From a virus: 64,000 nt of DNA. Location of the stretch: the IMG/VR virus record IMGVR_UViG_3300042013_000056, positions 64,001 through 128,000 of that record. One strand, written 5' to 3'. The position numbers and the translations under genes were made by a program. The notes under the pieces are model-generated. The model ran no database searches. It saw nothing but the letters and a program-made list of their open reading frames with translations, and had not been told where the DNA came from. Below are positions 30,326 through 39,175 of this stretch, one piece after another (position 1 is the stretch's first letter; each line of letters begins with the position of its first letter).

Positions 30326-30337
30326 CATTTGTATCAA

Positions 30338-31786
30338 TTACGCAACTTTGATGTCGTCGAAAGTCCATTCAGTCTGGAAATCGCCGTCTTCCCAGACGGT
30401 GTACATCTGGTCAACGATCTTGTGATTGGTCAGTTGCAGTTCTTCACGGTCAGAGAAGAATTTACCTTCTGCGTCCTTGTAGGTAACCACACGACCTTTC
30501 TTGGAACGTTTCACCGAGTCGGTGTCCGGGTCTTTGAACAGATCACGCCAGATGCCGTCTACACACAGTGCAGAAGCTTTCATTGCGAACTTGAACCAGT
30601 CACGGTCGCAGTGTTGCAGCAAAGCACCACCCATACCGAACACGATGTTATCGGCAGAGTACATCAGTGCGAACATATTGGCGTAGATACCACGAATACT
30701 TGCTTCGTTGATACCGTCGCCTTGCAGAACGCGGATGCAGCTTGGCAGAACCTTGTAACCTTTGCTGTTGACGGTGTAACCGAAACCTTCCATCAAAATA
30801 CCGATGATCTTGACCGGAATATCCAGAGGATTGCCTGAGTCTGGACGCACTACGAAAGTGCCACCAGAATTCATCACACGGGTTTTGATAGGATCGCTGG
30901 CAACCCAGCGGGCGAAACGTTCGATGCTGTAGGTATCACCCACACATGCAACGATACCGCCGTGTTTTTCCAGCAACTGAACGGCCATTTCCAGAGCGTC
31001 AGAGTCGTCGCGGTTGTCTGCATCGGAGTTTGCGCAAACAACAGAGTGTTCAGTCGCACGCACCGAGAACGCAGGCATTTGCCCTTTCTTCAAGCCGTAG
31101 TATTCTTTCAGTTCCACGATACCTTGAATGGTATCTGTGCCCATCCAACCGGCTGCAAGGTGGGCAGCACCGCCGATACGGGCGGATTCAACACTGGACA
31201 CGCCACGGAAGCCGAAATCATGCAGTTTGAAGCGACTTTCAGTTCCATCATCAACAGTCAAATCGAAAGCTTGTTGAACGACTTTACGGATGCTGTACGA
31301 AACAGAAGCCACGGTTGTTGGATACCAGACTTGCAGGAACAGCGGCTCGAAGTACGAAACCAGCCATGCGAAATCCGGGTGGGTGTTTTCTACGGTCATC
31401 ATGACGTTACCGGTTGGAACAATAGTTCCTTCCTTCAACGCACGGATACGCAGTGGCAGACGACCTTTGAACTTGGTAACGATTTGTTCCCAACCTTTAC
31501 GGTTGAAGATACCCGGCCCCATGTGCAGTTCAACCATTTCTTCGGCTTCGTCCACATCTTTCATGGTCAGACGACCGGAGAAGTGACGTTTCAGAATGGC
31601 TTGCAGGCCGATGAAAACTGTTTCGGTGTAGCCTTGATTTACACCACGAACCGCCCATTGATCAGAACCACGCGATTCCACGTAGGAATACAGGTAGTTC
31701 GCACCAGCCGGGAGCATTTCCCAGTGTGGAATCTTGTAGGAATCGGTTTTCAGAATCATGTTGTTTGGATTAAATGCAGCGCCCAT
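30338..31786 (-). CDS. nadV: nicotinamide phosphoribosyltransferase
   Basis: TDSYKxxHW, LHDFGFRG, TEHSV, RPDSG, QGDG, FGMGG; start revised to MGAAF. Confidence 0.95.
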   Translation of the reverse strand: MGAAFNPNNMILKTDSYKIPHWEMLPAGANYLYSYVESRGSDQWAVRGVNQGYTETVFIGLQAILKRHFSGRLTMKDVDEAEEMVELHMGPGIFNRKGWEQIVTKFKGRLPLRIRALKEGTIVPTGNVMMTVENTHPDFAWLVSYFEPLFLQVWYPTTVASVSYSIRKVVQQAFDLTVDDGTESRFKLHDFGFRGVSSVESARIGGAAHLAAGWMGTDTIQGIVELKEYYGLKKGQMPAFSVRATEHSVVCANSDADNRDDSDALEMAVQLLEKHGGIVACVGDTYSIERFARWVASDPIKTRVMNSGGTFVVRPDSGNPLDIPVKIIGILMEGFGYTVNSKGYKVLPSCIRVLQGDGINEASIRGIYANMFALMYSADNIVFGMGGALLQHCDRDWFKFAMKASALCVDGIWRDLFKDPDTDSVKRSKKGRVVTYKDAEGKFFSDREELQLTNHKIVDQMYTVWEDGDFQTEWTFDDIKVA

Positions 31787-31787
31787 C

Positions 31788-31806
31788 TTTTTGAACCCCT
31801 CAAAAA
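31788..31806 (-). promoter_or_regulatory. SD-containing hairpin TTTTTGA-GGGGT-TCAAAAA before nadV
   Basis: core identical to the hairpin at 32874. Confidence 0.7.
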
Positions 31807-31811
31807 TTGAA

Positions 31812-32870
31812 TTATTTGTCTTGTTTCGCAGCACGACCGATCATGGTCATGATGATATTGTGATGATCTTCGAAGAAATCAGTTGCCTTTTCAGGGGCCA
31901 TGATATCCGCGATAGGAACCCAGAACGCCTTGTCTGCATCATCGGAACCGTAAACCCGTGGCAAACTACCGTCATGATTTGTATCAATCTTGAAGGTGTG
32001 TGCAAAGGTCATCAGGCGACCGCGCAGAGAACGTTTCGGGTTGTCGAACAATTTTACATCAATGATCGACTTGCGCAGCACCTTTTCAGGCACATGCAGT
32101 TTTGTTTCTTCGAACAGTTCGCGAAGCGCACCGTCTTCTACAGTTTCATCTGTCTGGACGAACCCACCGGGGAGAGCCAATTGCCCTTTGCCGGGGATGT
32201 TCTTACGACGGATCAACAGAATGTGGCTCTTGCACAACACAACAGCATCGGCAGTCACATCGTTGATTGGATACTTCTTGCGACGGTTTTCCGGGTACGC
32301 TTTGTGAAAACGATACTCGGCCATGATCCCACGGAACAGTTCTGTACCAATGTATTTCTCATTGATATAGTTCCAAACCGGATACGGCATCATGCAACCA
32401 GCGTCATCAAAATCGCCTTCGAACATAAGTTCGCGAATCTTGGTGGCTGCCATTTCATCGTCGCCATGCATTTTTGCACCGGTTTCAATGAAATCCCACG
32501 TTGGGAACAGGTCAAGATAGAAGCTTGTGGCATCTTTCTTGTGGCCGACAATGGCGATGTTGGTATTTGATGTAACGTGACGACCTGCAAGACGCATGAT
32601 TTCAGCGGCCCACAGATCATTTGACGGCATGTCGTTCATGAGTTCGACTACAACCATAGGTTCGGTCAAACCGTTCGTTGCGTGATACACCATCAGTTCG
32701 CGTTGGTCATTGGTGAATGGATTTCGTTCATCGCGTGGTGCGTTGGAACTACCCAGAACAACCAGAACTTTGTCTGCGATGCTGGCAGCGTGTTTGATGT
32801 TTTCCAAATGGGCATCATGCAATGGTGCCATCCGGCCAATGAATACAGCGAGTTGATATTTCTTTGACAC
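31812..32870 (-). CDS. bifunctional NMN adenylyltransferase / Nudix ADP-ribose pyrophosphatase (NadM-Nudix, NatV-like)
   Basis: GRMAPLHDAH (HxGH-like), Nudix box GGFV...ALRELFEET, DDA, FEDH; GTG start. Confidence 0.92.
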   Translation of the reverse strand: MSKKYQLAVFIGRMAPLHDAHLENIKHAASIADKVLVVLGSSNAPRDERNPFTNDQRELMVYHATNGLTEPMVVVELMNDMPSNDLWAAEIMRLAGRHVTSNTNIAIVGHKKDATSFYLDLFPTWDFIETGAKMHGDDEMAATKIRELMFEGDFDDAGCMMPYPVWNYINEKYIGTELFRGIMAEYRFHKAYPENRRKKYPINDVTADAVVLCKSHILLIRRKNIPGKGQLALPGGFVQTDETVEDGALRELFEETKLHVPEKVLRKSIIDVKLFDNPKRSLRGRLMTFAHTFKIDTNHDGSLPRVYGSDDADKAFWVPIADIMAPEKATDFFEDHHNIIMTMIGRAAKQDK

Positions 32871-32873
32871 CTC

Positions 32874-32888
32874 TTTGAACCCCTCAAA
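32874..32888 (-). promoter_or_regulatory. SD-containing hairpin TTTGA-GGGGT-TCAAA before NadM-Nudix
   Basis: core identical to the hairpin at 31788. Confidence 0.7.
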
Positions 32889-32906
32889 ATTTGTGTCGAG
32901 TATTAA

Positions 32907-32941
32907 AACAGAACCACCAACAGAATGCAAGTGGTTCTGTT
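32907..32941 (-). terminator. terminator after the lysozyme gene, with a TTGCAT -35 in its loop
   Basis: AACAGAACCAC...GTGGTTCTGTT then TTAAT; TTGCAT-N17-TTTAAT. Confidence 0.65.
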
Positions 32942-32945
32942 CGTT

Positions 32946-33431
32946 TTATTCTGCCGCTCGAATCAACCAGCCTCTTATGAAGACTGCTTTCTTCGGATCG
33001 GCTGCAACCAGACTCTTATAATACTCTGCTTGGACGCTACGATAAACATTCAACAGAACAGAATTGTCCACTGAGTTGATTGCTGCAAGCGTACCGGGGC
33101 CGAACACACCGTCTACCACAAGGGATTTGCCCATCTGGTTCAGTGCTTGTTGGATGAATTTCACCCCACGTTTGGTGCCGGTGTTGACAGATGTATCAAA
33201 CAGCTTGGTCGCCATTGCATCATCTACGATTTCTTCGTAACGATACGGTTTCCAGAAATCATCAAAATAAATCTGTTTCGCTTTCGCGATGGTCAGATTC
33301 TTTATGTCCACATGTGGGTATGAACGTTTGCTGATTCCATATTTTGTTTCACCGCCCGGATCATTAGGGTTATTGACATAACCACCTTCATGTGCCAGAA
33401 CGATGGATACTGCTTTTTCAAAATTCGACAT
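32946..33431 (-). CDS. endolysin, glycoside hydrolase family 108 with peptidoglycan-binding domain
   Basis: HEGGYVNNPNDPGGETKYGI; DGVFGPGT; GW..R. Confidence 0.92.
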   Translation of the reverse strand: MSNFEKAVSIVLAHEGGYVNNPNDPGGETKYGISKRSYPHVDIKNLTIAKAKQIYFDDFWKPYRYEEIVDDAMATKLFDTSVNTGTKRGVKFIQQALNQMGKSLVVDGVFGPGTLAAINSVDNSVLLNVYRSVQAEYYKSLVAADPKKAVFIRGWLIRAAE

Positions 33432-33468
33432 TTGTTGTGTCCTCCATCCCTATTTACGGGGCAAAGGA

Positions 33469-33705
33469 TCACTTACAAAACAGATCAAACAATGCAGGTT
33501 GTATCAAAGCCTTTTCGTGATGCTCGAACCATCCAGTGAATGGTTTATCACCATAAATGAGCAAACAGAACGGCAGATCATCAGGCGTCCAATAAGTCAT
33601 GGCGTAACCATGGTATCCGAAGCCAATGCCTGAATATCTGGTCACATCCATGAGATATTTCGAAACAAATGATCCCCGACGTTCTTCGACGGGGGTATAA
33701 ATCAT
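33469..33705 (-). CDS. hypothetical protein
   Basis: ATGA coupling. Confidence 0.55.
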   Translation of the reverse strand: MIYTPVEERRGSFVSKYLMDVTRYSGIGFGYHGYAMTYWTPDDLPFCLLIYGDKPFTGWFEHHEKALIQPALFDLFCK

Positions 33706-34763
33706 TCCGCAGTCGAATCAATCAGATTCAACCACTGACCACGAATGGTCAACGCGGTATGGGCACCAACACGTTTCGACAGCAACGACCAGCTTTCGTC
33801 ATCAGACAGTTTGTAGCCTTCGTCTTTCTCGAAGTCTTCCAGAGCATCGCGGGTCAGATCGCCTTGCAGACGACCGAAATCCTTCTGCGTAACAACACCG
33901 ATCTTTGATACAACCGAGTTCAGACGGTTCACGTTGATGTACGAACAGATTTTATCCAACTTGGCTTGGGTGTCTTCGTCCAGAGTCGCAGCCGACTTGA
34001 TCTTGACTTCTTTTTCTTTCTCGTTGAACAGCTTGTTTTTCTGTTTCAAGATCACACGATCACCGTTATCCGTGCGGTAATCTTCTGTGTAACCACGAAT
34101 CACAAAGCCTTCGCCGTAGTCTGCATCGGTTCGAGGATGATTTTGATCAATCCCGTAGGCCGCTGGAACCTTGGTGTAAAACAATGGATCGATTTTGATC
34201 AGTTCTTCGAGGGTATCAACCGCGATTACTGGCACAGTTTTCAGGTGCTTCATGGAATCTGGTTCCATGAAATTCGCGTCTTCCAACAGTTCTTGGATAG
34301 CAACGAACGGGATGTAACGAGATACGCCGGTTTCGAATTCCAGTCGAATATCAAACACCATGAATTCGTTGTCTGGGTGGTAGTTCATACCAGCCTGAAC
34401 CTGCTTGGCACCGGTATTGGTCACGCCTTGGTAACGACCACCGAAGATTTCACCGTAAACCGTCATCTGGTTCAAGGTTGGGAATTCGGCCTTGATCAGT
34501 TCATAGACGGTTTTGATGATTGACGAATACTTGCCGTAGAAACGGGTGTGCCCGTAGAACGTCGAAATATCATCGATCAGACCAGAACGTTTTGCAACGC
34601 GCATGTCACCGTTGGCAACCACGAACGAAAAGTTCGCACCATGGATTTTTTCCAGTGCAACCATGGTATTGCTACCAACAGCAAACGCGCATTTGTCCAA
34701 CCATGCTTGACGGTACGAGTTTTCGATGGAATTGTATTTGGTAAAGACGAGTTTGTTGCTCAC
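33702..34763 (-). CDS. rnlB: RNA ligase 2
   Basis: EKIHGANF (KxHGxN), GEIFG, VFDI, EGFV, KQKN..F.E. Confidence 0.92.
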   Translation of the reverse strand: MSNKLVFTKYNSIENSYRQAWLDKCAFAVGSNTMVALEKIHGANFSFVVANGDMRVAKRSGLIDDISTFYGHTRFYGKYSSIIKTVYELIKAEFPTLNQMTVYGEIFGGRYQGVTNTGAKQVQAGMNYHPDNEFMVFDIRLEFETGVSRYIPFVAIQELLEDANFMEPDSMKHLKTVPVIAVDTLEELIKIDPLFYTKVPAAYGIDQNHPRTDADYGEGFVIRGYTEDYRTDNGDRVILKQKNKLFNEKEKEVKIKSAATLDEDTQAKLDKICSYINVNRLNSVVSKIGVVTQKDFGRLQGDLTRDALEDFEKDEGYKLSDDESWSLLSKRVGAHTALTIRGQWLNLIDSTAE

Positions 34764-34766
34764 GAA

Positions 34767-35422
34767 TTATTCCTCAGTTTCGGTATCACCGTTCGAGTTC
34801 ATTCCCCGAGCGGCATTTTTAATTGATTTCACTTTGTCTATCAGAATCGATATTTGAAGTTTCGTCATAGGGATTGTCCCATCACCTTGCATCAATGTTG
34901 TATCAATCATCCCTTTCAAACGAAATTCAGCGCGTTTGCTGGCACGTTCGCCATTTATAAACACCTTGATATCGATGAATGTTATTTCCAGACGGTGTTG
35001 CCACAACAACTTCAAGTAATCTTGAATGATGTCAAAGTTGACTGTGATTTCGTCACGGTAATATCTGGTAGTTTCAGCACGGACGAAAACTGAATGAACT
35101 AATCGAACCGTGCTGAAAACACATCTAATTTCTCTCAATCGATATCTGGTTCAAGTTTGTCGTACAGGTCATCATCGTAAGACATCTGAATTTCGGTCTT
35201 GATTTTATCCAAGAAGAAATTCGATGCGAACATATCCATGTTCGTGATGAAGTCAGGCAAACCGTCATCGTCGATAGTAATCATGATGTGACGTTTGTTG
35301 TCCATGACACGACTAATCAGTTCGTCTCGATGCTCGACGTATTGCTCTGTTACCGAAGGCAATGTCGTGACATTAATCTTCGGCACCAGAGAAAACACAT
35401 TATTCTTTTTGTCATCAGACAT
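34767..35422 (-). CDS. two hypothetical genes (34767-35138, 35135-35422)
   Basis: coupled ORFs. Confidence 0.6.
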
Positions 35423-36291
35423 TAGAAGTTACCCAGTTGAACTTGGTAGCAACGCAGACCCATCGCACGCCACATGGCAACTACTTGGTTGCGATCATCG
35501 AATACACCACGCACGTTGTAGAACGGTGCGATGTCGCGGTGATAGATATCGTGCTTGATGATCGAATCACGTACCTGAGAGCCCGCAGGGCGCATCAGAA
35601 GCTGATCGCAGATAACATCGTTATCATCCAGCCACTGTTGAGTTTCTTCGCGGCATACACCATCACGGCCACTCACAACGATGATTTCATGACCAGTCTC
35701 GCAAAGATCGCGGGTCATTTGAATTACATCTTCATATGGGGCATCTTTACCGACTTTCTTCCAATCGAACGGTCCACGAACACCTTCCATGTTGGCAAGA
35801 GTTCCATCGATATCGAAAACAAATGCCTTCGGCACACTCGCATTGCTATAATCAGCTTTCTGCAACGGGAACTGTTCACGGTATTCGGTATAAAACCGGG
35901 TAACCACCTTGTCGTCTACAACTTTGGATTGATCATCACGATTGCGGTTGCGTTCGATCAAATCATCCAAGAGCAAATGACCGCCAACATGAATAACATC
36001 AACTTCCGAACCCATAGACGAACAGAAATGAATCCATTTGTTACGTGTTTCCGGGTTGATGCAAGTGTCAGAGATAACAATGCTTTTACCGGCAAGTAAT
36101 GCCCTACGTGCGCGTTCAACTTGAACTGCCGTAACTTTGTTTTCATCAATCCCGCCGCCGTACCACACCCCGTAGAGTTCCATCCGAATAAGGTCACGTT
36201 CAAGTTGCACATAACCTTTATCCACGAATTGACGGGCGACGGTCGATTTACCTGAACCGGGAACGCCCACCAAAATTTTAGTTTTCCGCAC
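35422..36291 (-). CDS. pseT: polynucleotide 5'-kinase / 3'-phosphatase
   Basis: GVPGSGKST P-loop, ERD, FDIDGTLA, SGR, FDDR. Confidence 0.95.
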   Translation of the reverse strand: MRKTKILVGVPGSGKSTVARQFVDKGYVQLERDLIRMELYGVWYGGGIDENKVTAVQVERARRALLAGKSIVISDTCINPETRNKWIHFCSSMGSEVDVIHVGGHLLLDDLIERNRNRDDQSKVVDDKVVTRFYTEYREQFPLQKADYSNASVPKAFVFDIDGTLANMEGVRGPFDWKKVGKDAPYEDVIQMTRDLCETGHEIIVVSGRDGVCREETQQWLDDNDVICDQLLMRPAGSQVRDSIIKHDIYHRDIAPFYNVRGVFDDRNQVVAMWRAMGLRCYQVQLGNF

Positions 36292-37426
36292 TATCTCTTT
36301 CGAACTCCTTCAAAATATAATCACTGGCATTGCGAATCATCAGTTGTTTAACCTGACTTTCAAAGTCTTTGCCTTGCATGATGCTCATCTGCGCATGGAA
36401 ACCCCATGGTTCAGATGTTGTGTCCCAATATTCTTTGGCTGCAATTGCGTAGGTCTTTCGATCTTCGCCTTGGTGACCGATATGGAACAATTCTACATGG
36501 GTAACAACCCGATTATAAACATTCGAAACAGAAATCTCATATGCATTGATTTTGTCAATAACCAACTGATCACCGGTGAACATGGATTTCAGGTCATCGA
36601 CCTTTTCCATCAGGACCAATTCAATCAAAGCCTTGCTGTTTGATACAGAGTCTTTGTTGCGATGCAAACTCAGATACCAGTCGCCCTTGAGCTTGAAGGG
36701 TACATTGTTTGATGTAATCCCTACACAGCCTTCGGAGCCAACCAGATTCTTGACCGCTTCGACCAGATCACCTTCATATTCGAACTGTTCAACCCAGCAC
36801 CCGAGCAAATCCCACAGTTCCAAGTCTTCGACGATATCAGACCCGTACATAATCCCGGTGTCATTGTCGATCACCGAGAACGCAACCAGAGCTGGTTTTT
36901 CATAACCAACAACGATTCGGTTCCATGGTGCAGTCCATTCGAGATTGACTGTGAAATCCCGTGCTGCAAGGCGTCTCAGATCAGCCAGCAGAGCCGGTTG
37001 GGTCTTGAGCCATGCCATTGCATCATTCGCTTGTTCCGAGCCTGTAGAGCCCTTAGATTTCAAGCGGAGTTCACCATTGGTGTGGATGTAGGTAGACATC
37101 AACGAACCATCTTCCTTGACCATGCACGAATACAAGTCGGTCAAGTCCAAATCCATGGTCATTGGGTTTTCGTTCAGGTTGAAGAATTTCTTCTGTGGTC
37201 GGCAAACCAAATCCACATACGAACCATCACGGCCTACCAGAAACATTGTTCCTCGGCATTCCAATGCACCCGGCAACAGAAAATCTGAGTAAGATGCCAA
37301 CCGATAGTTGAAAATCCTGTACATGGTGTGTTGTTCGTCTGCTGGAAAGTCCTTGAAAAAGAACGCATCCGATTCAGTCAATGCCATAAGGTTTTGATAC
37401 AATTGTTCTGGGGCCACGTTGTTCAT
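36278..37426 (-). CDS. rnlA: RNA ligase 1
   Basis: KKFFNLNEN, KEDGSL, EW, EG, FKLKGDWY. Confidence 0.92.
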   Translation of the reverse strand: MNNVAPEQLYQNLMALTESDAFFFKDFPADEQHTMYRIFNYRLASYSDFLLPGALECRGTMFLVGRDGSYVDLVCRPQKKFFNLNENPMTMDLDLTDLYSCMVKEDGSLMSTYIHTNGELRLKSKGSTGSEQANDAMAWLKTQPALLADLRRLAARDFTVNLEWTAPWNRIVVGYEKPALVAFSVIDNDTGIMYGSDIVEDLELWDLLGCWVEQFEYEGDLVEAVKNLVGSEGCVGITSNNVPFKLKGDWYLSLHRNKDSVSNSKALIELVLMEKVDDLKSMFTGDQLVIDKINAYEISVSNVYNRVVTHVELFHIGHQGEDRKTYAIAAKEYWDTTSEPWGFHAQMSIMQGKDFESQVKQLMIRNASDYILKEFERDSAEN

Positions 37427-37755
37427 TAAATTTCCTCAATCCATATATTCGTGGGGTTATCTTTGGAAAATAGCTGTTCGAATCCGGCTACGGTAAGTAT
37501 CCCGATCAGTTCATCCATTTGTCTTGCAACGAAGTAACGCACTTCGGTTCCATTAAATTCCACACGAACGGTATCCACAAATTCACCCGGAATTAGTGGG
37601 ACATTAACGTCTAGAACTGTAATGTAAGAGTTTTGTGATTCATCCCAGACGCAACATTTTGGAATGTGGCTCCACAGGAATGAATCGTTTGCAACTAAAC
37701 GATACTTTGTTTTGGTATCGAAGGCCGGACCAACCCGGCCTATCAGTGGATTCAG
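37426..37755 (-). CDS. 109-codon ORF without an upstream canonical start (possible CTG start)
   Basis: open frame fills the whole gap; CTGA overlap upstream, TAATG coupling to rnlA. Confidence 0.55.
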   Translation of the reverse strand: MNPLIGRVGPAFDTKTKYRLVANDSFLWSHIPKCCVWDESQNSYITVLDVNVPLIPGEFVDTVRVEFNGTEVRYFVARQMDELIGILTVAGFEQLFSKDNPTNIWIEEI

Positions 37756-38135
37756 GCAGCACCCGCCAACCAGCGACCGATGTGATTCATCGAACTCGCG
37801 GTTTCCGTCAGTACATCATTGATAGAATTCAACATCTTTTCCATCAAAGGTGCTTGGAGATTTGGTGTCTTTTTCAAGAACACAACTTCTTCACCTTTCC
37901 CACGCAGGTAATCTTGAACCGTGAAATACGGTTTCTTACCCTGATGGAATTCGTACTTGTACACCACACCATGTTTCTGGTCTGGTTTCTCAAAGATACG
38001 AATCTTATAGTCAGGCAGAATGATCCATTGAATGTAGCCTTCATCATCCATTTTGAATTTCGCCACGGAAGCGCATTCAAGCAGGTCACGGTTTTGGATC
38101 AAACTAGTAATTAACAAAACGGCTTTATGTGTCAA
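37752..38135 (-). CDS. hypothetical protein
   Basis: TTG start with GGGGA SD. Confidence 0.65.
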   Translation of the reverse strand: MTHKAVLLITSLIQNRDLLECASVAKFKMDDEGYIQWIILPDYKIRIFEKPDQKHGVVYKYEFHQGKKPYFTVQDYLRGKGEEVVFLKKTPNLQAPLMEKMLNSINDVLTETASSMNHIGRWLAGAA

Positions 38136-38155
38136 TGTAAATTCCCCGTGATTGA

Positions 38156-38827
38156 TTAAATATCTTTGCTTGCGTAAAACGTGTGGTCACCGATTTTCAC
38201 GGTTTTGTTGAACGCGTAAACCCACGTTGGCAACGTTTTGACCTTTGATTTGTTCAAATAATGATCAGCACCTTTGGTTGTATCTTTCAAAATACCATTG
38301 GTTGCTTTCCATGCCACGTAGCCAGCTTTGTACCGCGATTCTTCGTCAGCCATTTTCCGGTTTTTCAACTGGCACATGTAACTGAACTGGCAAACCCAGC
38401 CATTTTTAGTCCACTTTTTCTGGTTCACGACACCCGCAACAGAATTCGGATACTTACCCGAGTTCACACGGTTCATGACCACATTCGCAACAGCTTTCAT
38501 ACCTTCAAGGTCACCGCCGCGATCTTCAAAGTAAACAGCTTCCGCCAGCTTCGCACACTCCCGAACCTTGAAACATTTCTTGGAATGTGACAGAAATTCT
38601 GGTTCTTTCTGTTGTTTGATATGATCCAATTCTTTATCGGCTGCAACCTGCTTGGATTGAATCATCAGAATACGTTCAACCGCATCACGGCCTACGGATT
38701 CGTTTGCATCAATCCTAGCTTCCTTTGTATCATTCAAACGCTCTTGCGTACTGTTCATGTTGTTGATCAGGGGCACAGTCATAATGCCAGCGAACACCAA
38801 CGCGCCTACTTCAAGATATTTGAGCAT
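38156..38827 (-). CDS. cell-wall hydrolase, SleB/Hydrolase_2 family
   Basis: LAEAVYFEDRG...AVANVVMNRV...QFS...HTFY; N-terminal TM. Confidence 0.9.
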   Translation of the reverse strand: MLKYLEVGALVFAGIMTVPLINNMNSTQERLNDTKEARIDANESVGRDAVERILMIQSKQVAADKELDHIKQQKEPEFLSHSKKCFKVRECAKLAEAVYFEDRGGDLEGMKAVANVVMNRVNSGKYPNSVAGVVNQKKWTKNGWVCQFSYMCQLKNRKMADEESRYKAGYVAWKATNGILKDTTKGADHYLNKSKVKTLPTWVYAFNKTVKIGDHTFYASKDI

Positions 38828-38837
38828 TATTTTTACC

Positions 38838-39131
38838 TTAGAAGGGTAACAAAACCGCTACAGGTTCATGAGAAATCTTCTCAATGAAACGACGGATCAT
38901 ACCTTGATCGGCACGTTCCATCATTTTGCGATAACCCATGTACGTCAGCGGTTTCCCATAAGTGCTGGTGAACCCCAACATGTTCAGAACTTCGACCAGC
39001 CACTTTTCGTTTTCGACTTCTTCTTCGAAGCCCATTTTGATCAAAAGTTGTACAGTTACAACGATTTCTTGCACGATTTCTTCGGTCTTGGCTTTCTTAC
39101 CAGAAACGATTTCATTTTCAATTGCAGTCAT
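38838..39131 (-). CDS. asiA: anti-sigma70 factor AsiA-like
   Basis: VxEIxxxxxxLIK..E..VEN......LN..G.T..G..L....RK pattern matches recalled T4 AsiA. Confidence 0.7.
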   Translation of the reverse strand: MTAIENEIVSGKKAKTEEIVQEIVVTVQLLIKMGFEEEVENEKWLVEVLNMLGFTSTYGKPLTYMGYRKMMERADQGMIRRFIEKISHEPVAVLLPF

Positions 39132-39175
39132 TCTTATCTCACAATGGGCACATGGTTGATTTACTACGAACAGAA

